A stretch of 64,000 nt of DNA from Verrucomicrobiota bacterium (GTDB lineage: Bacteria > Verrucomicrobiota > Verrucomicrobiia > Limisphaerales > AAA164-E04), in NCBI GenBank assembly GCA_047947115.1, contig CP170459.1:2656001-2720000 (forward strand). The letters are read 5' to 3'. The notes below the pieces were generated by a model. It was not told the origin of the DNA and did no database searches. It worked only from the letters and a program-made list of their open reading frames with translations. Both the position numbers and the translations under genes were made by a program. Shown in pieces: positions 19,087-28,864 of the stretch; the stretch's first letter is position 1; every line of letters starts with the position of its first letter.

Positions 19087-19593
19087 ATGAGTAGGTTGCA
19101 GTTGGTTTTGATTCTGGTGCTGTGGATGATTGGTTCACTGACGGGCTATGCTCAGGGGAGAATTCAGCTCAGCAACATTGGCAAGGCGCTTATCACTGTA
19201 GATGGAACTCCTGCTCCAGGTGGAACTCTGGTGCAATTAGCCACCGAGTCAGGTGATTTTGTCGGTCGGCAGGTAAAGGTATTAGAGGTAGGTTTTTTTG
19301 CTGCTGGAACCACAACACTTGAAGGTGTCGGTGGGCTTACTACATTGTTGCTGGCAGCCTCAGCTGATGAGGGGCATACCTGGTTTTATTCCGATCCCTT
19401 TGACGTGTTGTTGAACACTGGTCCGGTCCTTGGAGCTCCGGATGCAAGCATCCCAAGCACCTTTTCAGGCGTGAACATTGTCACCATTCCTGAACCCTCT
19501 TCGTTTGCGCTGCTTGGGGTAGGTGGGCTGACTGTCTTACTCTTTCGAAGAAAGTGTGTCGCTTTCCCATCCACCGCCAAGAGCTTTGATTAA
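19087..19593 (+). CDS. PEP-CTERM sorting-domain protein
   Basis: Signal peptide (…TGYAQG); C-terminal IPEPSSFALLGVGGLTVLLFRRK. Confidence 0.9.
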   Translation: MSRLQLVLILVLWMIGSLTGYAQGRIQLSNIGKALITVDGTPAPGGTLVQLATESGDFVGRQVKVLEVGFFAAGTTTLEGVGGLTTLLLAASADEGHTWFYSDPFDVLLNTGPVLGAPDASIPSTFSGVNIVTIPEPSSFALLGVGGLTVLLFRRKCVAFPSTAKSFD

Positions 19594-20994
19594 TCCGATG
19601 TTGGCGATGTGATGTTGGGCCTGTGCCTGGGCTTGTCGTGTATCGGTTTGATGGCGGCCCGATTGTGCCTGGAGCCATTCCAGCTTGCTGATGGCACCGG
19701 CTTGGAACAGCTGTTGAGCTTTGGCTGCGGTGGCTTCGGCGGCATTTTTTGCTTCCCTGGCCTGCTGAGATTGGTCGGCTCGATATCGGATGTTGGAGAG
19801 GGAGGTTTCCACGTCTCGGATGCCGTTCAACACCGCCAGGCGATAGGTGGCGACCGCTTCTTCGCGTGCTGCGCGGACTTGTCTGGCTTTCTTTGAAATC
19901 AGGCCGATGCCGGTTAACGGCAGGCTGACACTCGGGCCGATGGACCAGGTGGAACTATCCGAGGAGAAAAGGCTGTTCATGTCCCGGCTCAGTTGTCCGC
20001 CCTGGCCTGTCAGGGTGACGCTTGGATAGTAGGCGGCCACAACCACTCCAAGTTCGGCATTGCGCGCTGCGACCAATCGTTCGGCTGCGGCTATGTCGGG
20101 GCGTCGCTCCAATAAATCCGCCGGTAATCCGGCAGGGATGACCGGGGGATGGGTTGTTGGTTGGGGCGTGTCGAATTGAAAAGAGTCTATACCTGCGGGT
20201 TCTCCGAGCAGCAGCGCGAGTGCGTGGGTGAGTTCTGCTCGTTGACGTTTGACTTCCGCGCGTGCTGCTTGTTGGGTGGTCAGGTTGATCTTGCTTTCGG
20301 ATAGCATTGCTTCCGAAATGGTCCCTGCTTCGAATCGTTGCTGATTCAGTTGGTGAGCGGTTTCCTGGTCGGCAACGATTTGTTCGAGGTTCGATTGTTG
20401 TGTGTCCAATGCTCGAAGCAGAAAATATTGGCTGGCAACGTCGGCTGTCAAGGTCAGGAGCACTTGTTGATAGTCCGCCGCACTTGCCTGAGTGGCGGCT
20501 TCGGCTGATTCCACCATGCGCCGAATTCTTCCCCATACGTCGATTTCATAAGTCATGTCCAGTCCGAGGTCGAATCGATGGATCCGGGTCGAGGGAATAT
20601 CAACAGGGACAGGCGTGGGCAGGTTGCCGGAGGTGCGTTGCCGATCATAGGCAGGATTCAACCTAATGTCCGGGAAAAGTGACGCCCAGGTTAATTGAGT
20701 CATGGCACGCGCCTGGTCCACTCGTGCGACGGCAGCTTGAAGTGTTGGATTTGCCTTCAAGGCGCGTTCTTCCAGTTCATTCAGGTTCGGATCGTTGAAG
20801 CATTGCCACCAATCGCCTTTCGGGAGATGGTCGCTAGGCTTGGCTTCCTGCCAGCTCCATTGTGCGGGGACCAGATCGCCCACATCCGGTTTGTGGTAAT
20901 CAGGTCCAACGGGTCTTATACATGCGGTCAGAAGAGTTGCGCACAGGATGAAAATGCTGCGGGTTGATTTCTGGATGATTGAAGGTTTGGACAT
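19537..20994 (-). CDS. RND efflux outer-membrane lipoprotein (NodT/OprM family)
   Basis: Lipobox LLTAC, VGPDY, WWQCFNDP, YEIDVWGR, LLERRPDIAAAE, LIKALGGGW. Confidence 0.93.
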   Translation of the reverse strand: MSKPSIIQKSTRSIFILCATLLTACIRPVGPDYHKPDVGDLVPAQWSWQEAKPSDHLPKGDWWQCFNDPNLNELEERALKANPTLQAAVARVDQARAMTQLTWASLFPDIRLNPAYDRQRTSGNLPTPVPVDIPSTRIHRFDLGLDMTYEIDVWGRIRRMVESAEAATQASAADYQQVLLTLTADVASQYFLLRALDTQQSNLEQIVADQETAHQLNQQRFEAGTISEAMLSESKINLTTQQAARAEVKRQRAELTHALALLLGEPAGIDSFQFDTPQPTTHPPVIPAGLPADLLERRPDIAAAERLVAARNAELGVVVAAYYPSVTLTGQGGQLSRDMNSLFSSDSSTWSIGPSVSLPLTGIGLISKKARQVRAAREEAVATYRLAVLNGIRDVETSLSNIRYRADQSQQAREAKNAAEATAAKAQQLFQAGAISKLEWLQAQSGRHQTDTRQAQAQAQHHIANIGLIKALGGGWESDTLSSKE

Positions 20995-21006
20995 GGCGGC
21001 GTCGAG

Positions 21007-24000
21007 TTAGCGTTGCTGGATCTTCGAACCGGTTTCTTTGCGACGCCATTGAATCATGTCATCAAACAGCGTGTAGAAAACCGGAATCGCCAGCAAGGTG
21101 AGAAGGAGTGAAAGCATCTGACCGCCGACGATGACGCCTGCGGTGGCATTGTTGAATGCCGCTCCGACACCTTTGGCCAGCATCATGGGAATCATGCCCG
21201 CAACAAATGCCAGGGTGGTCATCAGGATAGGGCGGAGTCGCTCGCGATTGGCTCGCATGACCGCATCGTGTCGCGGTAGTCCCTCTTGACGAAGTTGGTT
21301 GGTGTGGCTGATTTGCAGTACACCGTTTTTCTTGACCATGCCGAAAAGGACGAGGATGCCGAGCATGGAGAAGATGTTGATCGATTGCCCAAACACGATC
21401 AGTGACAGGATGGCGAAGGGAAGAGTGAGCGGCAGTGAGAGCAGGATGGTAAATGGGTGCAGCCAGCTTTCAAACACGGCGGCCAGGATCAGATACATAA
21501 ACACCAAGGCCAGCACGAACGCGGTCATGAAGGCTTTGCCCGCTTTCTTCATTTCCTTCGTTCGACCAGTGATGCCGGTTGTGAAGCCTTTGGGGAGTCC
21601 CGCTGTTTCCACTGCCTGTTCGATGCCCTCAAGGATTTGCGTTTCACCATAGCCCGGCGCGTTGTTGGCGGTGATGGTGACTTGACGGCGTCGGTTGAGG
21701 CGATTGATTTGAGAGGGACCTTCCGCTTCCTCAAGCTCGACGATGTTCGGGAGCGCCACCGGGGGGCCAGCCATGGATGGAACGGAGAGTTTGGAGAGTA
21801 CTTCCTGATTGGAACGATCCGCTTTCAATGCGCGAACATGAATGTCGTACTGCTCTCCGCCTTCACTAAAAGAGGAAGCGGTGACCCCGCCGACCAAGAG
21901 TCGAAGCGTGGTGGAAAGATCAGCGACGTTGACGCCCAATAGTCCCGCCCGGCTGCGATCGATCCTGGCGAGGATTTCAGGTTTGCCGGATATCAAGGTG
22001 CTATCCAGGTCCCGGACACCAGGGATTTGTTTGGCTTCCTCCATGACGGCTTCCGTGGTGCGGGTGAGTTGATCCAGGTCCGGGCTGGCGATGTAGTACT
22101 GCACATTGGCTTCCGACATGCCCGAATTGAAAGGGGGCACTGAAAATACCGTGATACGCCATTCCTCCGGGTACTTGGGGACGATTTGCTGACGGACACG
22201 ATCCATGAGAATTTGCTGTGAGGCATCTCGCTCGTCAGGAGGTGTCAGGCGAACAAAGATGCCGGCTGCATTGACGGTTTGCTGAAGGTTGTCACCGATG
22301 GTGGTCAGGGTGGATAATACGCCGGGGAGTTTGCGAATATCCCGGGCAACGCGTTCGGCGAGCAGATCGGTTGCCTCCAGCGTGGATCCCTCCGGCGCAC
22401 GCAGGTTGATCACAAACTCAGCTTCCTCAACCGGGGGGAGAAAATCCTTTTTAACCCGCTGCATCAAGAAGGGCAGAGATCCGAGCAATGTCAGGCAAAC
22501 CGCCACGACCACCCAACGATGGTTCAGGGAGAATCCAAGCAGCTTCATGTACACTTGCTCAATGGGGCGGTAGACAAGATTGACCCCGTGTTCCAGGGCG
22601 CGATCCCAGGGGCCTGGTTTTTCGTGTCGATGAAACAGCTTTGCGGCGAGCGCCGGAGCCATGGTGAAACTGACCAGCATGGAAACGCCGATGGCAAACG
22701 CCATCGTCATCCCGAAGCTCCTGATAAACATTCCGACAATGCCTCCCAGAAATGCAATGGGAACAAACACGGCCAGAAGCGAAAGCGTGGTCCCCACCAC
22801 GGCCATTCCAATTTCCCGGGTGCCTTCAATGGCTGCCTGAAAGGCAGATTCGCCTTTTTCTTCCATGCGACGGAAGATGTTTTCCACGACGATAATGGCG
22901 TCGTCGATGACGATGCCGACCGCCAGAGCAAGGGCGATGAGGCTGATTTGATTGATCGTCAAGTTTTGCACCCACATCACCCCGAAGGCCGCAATGATGG
23001 AAGTGGGAATGGACAAGGAAGAGATGATGGTGGCGCGTGAATTGCCCAGAAACAACAACACGACCAACGAAGCGAAGATGGCTCCCAGAATCAAATGTTC
23101 TTTGACGGCATGGACACTGGTCCGGATCACACGGGAATAGTCTCGAACGACAGTTGTTTCATAGCCGTCAGGCAACAGGTCCTTGATTTCTTCCAGACGT
23201 TGCACCACGGCGTCGACGACCGCAATCGTGTTGGCTCCCGATTGCTTTCGGATGGAAAGTATGACGGATGGGATTCCATTTTGAGAGGCTGCTGTTCTTG
23301 GTTCCTCCTCGCCATCCACGACCTCGGCCACGTCTTCCAGTCGGATTAACCTTCCGGCTTGAGGACGGATTACAAGTTGTCTGAGTGCCTCGATGGATTC
23401 CACTTTTCCGACGACTCTCAATCCGGCTTCCATGGCCTGATCTTTGACGTTGCCCGCGGGGATCTGGATGTTTTGCGCTTTGATCGCCCGCATCGCATCG
23501 ATGGCGGTCAATCCGAACGACTGCAATCGCATGGGATCCAGTTGAACATTGATCTGGCGTTTGCGTCCCCCGACGATGCGGACCTGACCGACGCCAGACA
23601 CATTTTCCAATTGTCGCCTGAGAGTCTTGTCTGCGAACTCGGTGATCTCTTTGACGCTTGCATCGGCGGATATGGAAATATTGATGATGGGGGCGGCATC
23701 GGGGTCGAGTTTTTCAACGATGGGAGCGTCCACATCCTCCGGCAGATCGGGAATGATCCGGGTGATTTTTTCACGGACTTCCTGTGCGGCCACATCAATG
23801 TCCTTCTCCAGTAAAAACGTGACCAATACAAGGGATATGCTTTCACTGGATGTGGAGCGGATTTCGTCGATGTCACTGATGGTGTTGATGGCCTCTTCGA
23901 TCCTGTCGGTCACTTCCGTTTCAATTTCATTAGGTGTGGCCCCGATGAGGCTTGTGGTGATGGCGACGGTTGGGAAGTCGATTTTGGGGAACCGATCCAC

Positions 24001-24102
24001 CTGGAGTTGGGTGTAACCAAAGATGCCGACCACCACAAACACCAGCACTATCACACTGGCCAGCACGGGGCGACGCACGGAAATTTCGGATAACCACTGC
24101 AT
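21007..24102 (-). CDS. RND efflux permease (AcrB/MdtBC family)
   Basis: 1031 aa; SVRRPV, GIVIDDAIIVVENI, VKKNGVL, RLRPILMTT. Confidence 0.95.
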   Translation of the reverse strand: MQWLSEISVRRPVLASVIVLVFVVVGIFGYTQLQVDRFPKIDFPTVAITTSLIGATPNEIETEVTDRIEEAINTISDIDEIRSTSSESISLVLVTFLLEKDIDVAAQEVREKITRIIPDLPEDVDAPIVEKLDPDAAPIINISISADASVKEITEFADKTLRRQLENVSGVGQVRIVGGRKRQINVQLDPMRLQSFGLTAIDAMRAIKAQNIQIPAGNVKDQAMEAGLRVVGKVESIEALRQLVIRPQAGRLIRLEDVAEVVDGEEEPRTAASQNGIPSVILSIRKQSGANTIAVVDAVVQRLEEIKDLLPDGYETTVVRDYSRVIRTSVHAVKEHLILGAIFASLVVLLFLGNSRATIISSLSIPTSIIAAFGVMWVQNLTINQISLIALALAVGIVIDDAIIVVENIFRRMEEKGESAFQAAIEGTREIGMAVVGTTLSLLAVFVPIAFLGGIVGMFIRSFGMTMAFAIGVSMLVSFTMAPALAAKLFHRHEKPGPWDRALEHGVNLVYRPIEQVYMKLLGFSLNHRWVVVAVCLTLLGSLPFLMQRVKKDFLPPVEEAEFVINLRAPEGSTLEATDLLAERVARDIRKLPGVLSTLTTIGDNLQQTVNAAGIFVRLTPPDERDASQQILMDRVRQQIVPKYPEEWRITVFSVPPFNSGMSEANVQYYIASPDLDQLTRTTEAVMEEAKQIPGVRDLDSTLISGKPEILARIDRSRAGLLGVNVADLSTTLRLLVGGVTASSFSEGGEQYDIHVRALKADRSNQEVLSKLSVPSMAGPPVALPNIVELEEAEGPSQINRLNRRRQVTITANNAPGYGETQILEGIEQAVETAGLPKGFTTGITGRTKEMKKAGKAFMTAFVLALVFMYLILAAVFESWLHPFTILLSLPLTLPFAILSLIVFGQSINIFSMLGILVLFGMVKKNGVLQISHTNQLRQEGLPRHDAVMRANRERLRPILMTTLAFVAGMIPMMLAKGVGAAFNNATAGVIVGGQMLSLLLTLLAIPVFYTLFDDMIQWRRKETGSKIQQR

Positions 24103-24113
24103 GCTCGAATCAA

Positions 24114-25340
24114 TCAGGGTTGAGCGAGGCTGGCCTTCATGCCGTCCTTGGGTGGTAGATCGGATGTGATGATCACGGATTCACCCTCTTGAACCCCTTT
24201 GCGGATTTCGACCCATCCATCTGCCGCTACTCCCTTGTCAATCAGTCGTTCCTCTACTTCTCCATTCTTTAAAACAAATGCCGATGTGTTGGAACCATTT
24301 TTACGCAGAGCTTCGGTTGTTATGCACAATACATTCTGGTGGGGAAGCTGGATGTCTGCTTCGGCGAAATAGCCGGGTTTGAGGCGTTGATCGTCATTGT
24401 CAACAAGTGCTTCGACCACCAGATCCCGCGCAGTTGCTCTGAGAGCACCGCTAATGTAGGCGATGACTCCCGAAAATGTTTCGTCTTCAAAAAGGGCTGT
24501 TTTGAAATAAACCTTCTGTCCGGTGGTGATGAGTGAAGCGGCTGTTTCGGGAACGTTCAGGACGAGGCGCAACTTGGAAACTTCCACCAGATGAACCACC
24601 GGAGCAGGGGGCATCACAAACTCACCCGGTTGCACGAACCGTTCCACTACTTGACCCGAAAATGGCGCGCGAATCACTGAATCGTCGACCGCCTTGCGTG
24701 CCAGGTTTCGTTGTGCCACGGCTGAATCAAGTGCGGCTTGTCGGGCTACGCGTTCCGCCTTGAGTTTCTGAAATTCCGAATCCGATATGGCTTTGGATTT
24801 TGCAAGCGGCTCGAAACGCTCCAACTCGGTGGTGGCCAGAGCCAGCTGTGCTTCGGTGACGGCCACCATGGCCTCCGCCTCCCGGAGTGTGAGTGCCGCG
24901 TTGGTAACATCGACTTCCGCCAGGGGATCTCCTTGATCCACCTTGGAACCTCGTTCCACGTGCAGGGCCGAAATCTTTCCGCTTGTGTTGGCCGCTACTC
25001 TCGCTTCCAGGTTTCCTTGTAGTTGTCCGGTGACATGGAGGAAGCGTGGCATGGATTGGATGGATGACGGCATGACCGTTACTCTGAGAATACTCATGGA
25101 AACATCCTTTGACGGCGCTCCAGTTGCTTCCAAGTCCTCCTTGTTTCCTCCGCATCCGGTTCCGTTCAGCATCATCAACACCAACAACAACAGCCAAAAC
25201 AGCTCCAAGGCAAAGCACGTTTTGCGTCCGTTGTCGGTCGGATACGAGCTTGGTTGTGGTTGATCAGATGGTCGGTTCATGAGTGGGGCGAGCCTGTCAT
25301 CAAGGTCCATTGTTGTAACGTTGCTCCCCATTAGTGGCAT
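24114..25340 (-). CDS. RND periplasmic adaptor subunit
   Basis: VERGSKVDQGD, IRAPFSGQV, LKPGYFA; start uncertain. Confidence 0.9.
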   Translation of the reverse strand: MPLMGSNVTTMDLDDRLAPLMNRPSDQPQPSSYPTDNGRKTCFALELFWLLLLVLMMLNGTGCGGNKEDLEATGAPSKDVSMSILRVTVMPSSIQSMPRFLHVTGQLQGNLEARVAANTSGKISALHVERGSKVDQGDPLAEVDVTNAALTLREAEAMVAVTEAQLALATTELERFEPLAKSKAISDSEFQKLKAERVARQAALDSAVAQRNLARKAVDDSVIRAPFSGQVVERFVQPGEFVMPPAPVVHLVEVSKLRLVLNVPETAASLITTGQKVYFKTALFEDETFSGVIAYISGALRATARDLVVEALVDNDDQRLKPGYFAEADIQLPHQNVLCITTEALRKNGSNTSAFVLKNGEVEERLIDKGVAADGWVEIRKGVQEGESVIITSDLPPKDGMKASLAQP

Positions 25341-25448
25341 GAGCTCTTGCTGGGTGGAAGTGAAAAATGCCTTAAGGAGGCTCTATTTAGATTAATTTTT
25401 TTTAATGTTTAATTTAGCCAAAGTTTAAGGTTGATGTGCGATAGTTGA

Positions 25449-26993
25449 ATGGTGACGGGAAACAATCGATCTCAATCAAGACCTTCAATGACCGGTGCGG
25501 CCGCCAATCCTGCTGTATCCGAACCTGCGGTTACTCGCTTGATAACACGGCGCGTGTTGTTTTTGAATGGCAATGAAACACAGCGGCCTTATCGGGTGGC
25601 ACCTCTGGGGATGGCTTTTGTTGCTTCCAGTGTGCGGGATTCTGGGAGAGAGGTTCGTTTCATGGATCAGTTGCAGGGTTTCATGGCTCTGCGACGGCTG
25701 GTTCGGGTCCTGCGTCGCTGGCGTCCGCAGGTGATCGGCCTGGGGATCAGGAACCTGGACAACTCCGATTATCACGCCTTTCATTCGTACCTGAGCCTGC
25801 CAGCCAGATTGGTTGCTCTCATTCGCCGGGAACTCCCTGAGGCAACGATCGTCCTGGGTGGTTCAGCCGGTACGGTGGATCCGGAACGTGTCTTGGATGC
25901 GGTTCCGGCGGATCACCTGATTCTCGGGGAAGGGGAAGAAGCCATGGTTCGCTTGCTGAAAGCCAAAGAACGAGGTGAAAAAGTGTCAAACGTGGTGGGG
26001 GATCCTGTCCTTGGCGGTCCGCATCGTGTTGTGGAAACGGAAAAACTGACCCCTCCCGGATTATATCAATGGACGCCTATGGCTTCCTATCTGAAAGGGG
26101 ATGCGGGTTACCCGGTGCAGACCAAGCGTGGGTGTCCGTTGAAGTGCTCCTATTGTACTTACGGTCGCATCGAAGGAAAACGTTACCGAAAATTGCACCC
26201 CGAAAGGGTCGCCGATGAAATCCAGGGAGCGATGGAACATGGCATTCGTGATTTTGAATTCGTGGACAGCACTTTCAATCTGCCTGTCAAACATGCGGTG
26301 GATGTGGTTGAAACTCTGCTCCGCCGGGGATTGACTGCTAATTATCACGGAACAGGCATCAATCCGTCCAAATTGCCGGACGAACTTCTGGAGGGAATGC
26401 GTCGGGCCGGGTTTCGTCAGGTCATCCTGACTGCCGAATCCGCGTCCAGCAGCATGTTGAAATCTTACGGCAAGAACTATACACTACCCGCACTCGTCAA
26501 CGCGGCGGATCAGTTGAGACGACATCGTCTTGGCGCACTGTGGGTGTTTCTTTTGGCTGGACCGGGTGAAACCGAAACCACCGTTGAGGAATCGCTATCC
26601 TTCATTGCCGAACACGTGCGTGCTCCCGATGCCGTCTATATCACTTCCGGTATTCGGATATACAAGGGCAGCCCCATGGCGGATGCATGGGAAGAAGGGC
26701 GTTTGGCTGCGGCAAGTTTAAGGACTTCAGCTGACAAGCATGCGACCTTCTATTATTCGGAACACACACAGCCTGATTGGTTGGAAGCCAGATTGAAAGC
26801 GTTTCAGCGTCAACATCCGCACGTCATGCTGTCCTGTGAAGGACATGGCTGGATGACGCAACTCGCTCTCAACATGCTTCCCTGGACCGGGCTCAAAAAA
26901 CCTTACTGGCAATACCTTGGCTGGCTGAATCGGTTGCGACGTCCCACTTCGTTTCTGCCTCCTTTCAGGCCCGCTTCTCAACCTGTCGGATGA
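25449..26993 (+). CDS. B12-binding domain radical SAM protein (class B-like)
   Basis: N-terminal PLGMAFVAS...VIGLGIRNLDN...VLGG...GEGEE; QTKRGCPLKCSYC (CxxxCxxC); FVDSTFN; GPGET. Confidence 0.9.
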   Translation: MVTGNNRSQSRPSMTGAAANPAVSEPAVTRLITRRVLFLNGNETQRPYRVAPLGMAFVASSVRDSGREVRFMDQLQGFMALRRLVRVLRRWRPQVIGLGIRNLDNSDYHAFHSYLSLPARLVALIRRELPEATIVLGGSAGTVDPERVLDAVPADHLILGEGEEAMVRLLKAKERGEKVSNVVGDPVLGGPHRVVETEKLTPPGLYQWTPMASYLKGDAGYPVQTKRGCPLKCSYCTYGRIEGKRYRKLHPERVADEIQGAMEHGIRDFEFVDSTFNLPVKHAVDVVETLLRRGLTANYHGTGINPSKLPDELLEGMRRAGFRQVILTAESASSSMLKSYGKNYTLPALVNAADQLRRHRLGALWVFLLAGPGETETTVEESLSFIAEHVRAPDAVYITSGIRIYKGSPMADAWEEGRLAAASLRTSADKHATFYYSEHTQPDWLEARLKAFQRQHPHVMLSCEGHGWMTQLALNMLPWTGLKKPYWQYLGWLNRLRRPTSFLPPFRPASQPVG

Positions 26994-27015
26994 ATTTCAC
27001 TCCATTTAAACAACC

Positions 27016-27642
27016 ATGAAAAAAACTTTAGAAGTATCCTTATCCAAAAGACCGATTCTTGCTCTTGCCTTCATGCTGATTTTTACCGGCTGGAATGCCG
27101 TGAATCTCCGCGCAGAGGGTTCCATTGCATACAGGGGAGAATTGAAAGTGCGTTTTTTCGCGACCTCCACCTTGCATGATTTTGAAGGTGAAATCCCAAC
27201 GATCAAGCTGGAAGCCAGTCGCTTGGTCATGGATGCGCCGTCACCTGATGATCGATGGGAGGTGATCTCCAAGGTAGGGGTTAAGACTTTGACCACGCAC
27301 CATGAAAAGCGCGACGTCAAGATGCTGGAGATGTTCAAAGAAGATCGGTTTCCGGTTTTTCAGCTCCAGGTCAACGATCCCATCCAACCGTCAACGGATG
27401 ATGCCCCTGCCAGTATGCCTGTGATGGTGACGATACTGGGTAAGTCGGTGAAGGTGGAAGGACACATCAAAAATTGGTCCGATGCGGAAGGCAAGGTTTC
27501 ATTTCGATTGGAAACGGAACTGTCGCTAGGGGCATTCGGTCTGGAAAGGCCTGGAACGGCTTTTGGTTTGATTCGGGTCGGGGACAAAGTGCGTGTGGAA
27601 GCTGACGTTCATGTTGTCAGAAAGGAGGAGAGTCATGACTGA
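27016..27642 (+). CDS. Periplasmic YceI-family lipid/polyisoprenoid-binding protein
   Basis: Signal peptide; FFATSTLHDFEG, LTTHHEKRD..M, RFP, FGLERP...IRVGDKVRV. Confidence 0.75.
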   Translation: MKKTLEVSLSKRPILALAFMLIFTGWNAVNLRAEGSIAYRGELKVRFFATSTLHDFEGEIPTIKLEASRLVMDAPSPDDRWEVISKVGVKTLTTHHEKRDVKMLEMFKEDRFPVFQLQVNDPIQPSTDDAPASMPVMVTILGKSVKVEGHIKNWSDAEGKVSFRLETELSLGAFGLERPGTAFGLIRVGDKVRVEADVHVVRKEESHD

Positions 27643-28822
27643 TTTTGACGTGGTGATCGTCGGAGCCGGACCGGCCGGATTGTTGTGCGGTCGTATGTTG
27701 GCTGAGGCCGACTACCGTGTGTTGATCCTGGAAGCGCGGTCAAAAGTGGAACACAAGCTCTGCGGTGCCTATCTTTGCCCTTCGGGAGTGCGACTGCTTG
27801 AAGAGGCGGGGCTTTTGCCCGCGATGGAGCAGCGATTTCACCCCGTGCATGGAATGATTCTGCACAGTCCAAACGGGCAGTCGGTGACATCCTATTTTCC
27901 CGAACCACCCAGGAAAAGCCCGAGCCGGCTGCACCATGGCCTGTCACTGGATCGCAAGGCATTCGACACCTTTCTGGCAAAAGAATACTTCGGCGCCGGA
28001 GGGCATCTGGAAATGGGGCAACGCTTGAAGAACATGCATCTCCATGAAAATGGGTGGGAACTGGAAACCGATCAACATCGTCGGATTCGCACCCGTCTGT
28101 TGATCGGCGCAGATGGACGACGCTCCTTTGTGGCCAAACGACTTGGGTTGTCCAAACGATCCAAATCCAAGCGAATGGCAGTGCATGCGTTTATGCCCTC
28201 CATGCAGATGAATCCACGCATGGGGGAAATGCATTTGTTTGATGCCGGAGATTACATCGGATTGAATCCGCTGGACCAGCACATGGTCAACGTGTCCTGG
28301 GTGTGTGATCCGGCGACATTGGAAGGCCGTTCTGCTGAGGAAGCATTGAAGCGGAGAATGAGTGAATCCAAGGCATTGTTGAGCCGTTTTGACCTGTCAC
28401 AGGAACTGGAACTCATGACGACCTCTCCGTTGACACACCGGGTGAACCGGTGTTACGGACCTCGCAGTGCCTTGGTCGGCGATGCCTCCGGGTTCGTGGA
28501 TCCGTTGACAGGTGAGGGGATTTTTGTAGCTCTTGCGACAGCCCGCATGATTGCCTCCCGACTGGTCGCTCAACCCGATTGGGTGATGGGGGATCATATT
28601 GTTCCCATCCTGCAGTCCTACCACCGCGAGCGTAAAAAGGCATTTGCTTCCAAGAAAAGAGTGTCCATGGCCTTTCAGCGGATCATACGATCTCCCCGTG
28701 TCTGCAATGCCATTCAACGATATCTTGCCGCTCGTCAGCAGCGTGCGGACTCATTTATCGGATTGGTTGGCAACGTTTACCAACCACTGAACGGTTTGTG
28801 GCACATGGTCACAGCTTCCTGA
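27635..28822 (+). CDS. FAD-dependent oxidoreductase/monooxygenase (geranylgeranyl reductase-like fold)
   Basis: DVVIVGAGPAG, KLCG, LDRKAFD, IGADGRRS, LVGDASGFVDPLTGEGI; GGAG RBS overlapping the yceI end. Confidence 0.88.
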   Translation: MTDFDVVIVGAGPAGLLCGRMLAEADYRVLILEARSKVEHKLCGAYLCPSGVRLLEEAGLLPAMEQRFHPVHGMILHSPNGQSVTSYFPEPPRKSPSRLHHGLSLDRKAFDTFLAKEYFGAGGHLEMGQRLKNMHLHENGWELETDQHRRIRTRLLIGADGRRSFVAKRLGLSKRSKSKRMAVHAFMPSMQMNPRMGEMHLFDAGDYIGLNPLDQHMVNVSWVCDPATLEGRSAEEALKRRMSESKALLSRFDLSQELELMTTSPLTHRVNRCYGPRSALVGDASGFVDPLTGEGIFVALATARMIASRLVAQPDWVMGDHIVPILQSYHRERKKAFASKKRVSMAFQRIIRSPRVCNAIQRYLAARQQRADSFIGLVGNVYQPLNGLWHMVTAS

Positions 28823-28864
28823 GAAATCACATTCACAACATACATCACTTATCAAATTCCATTT

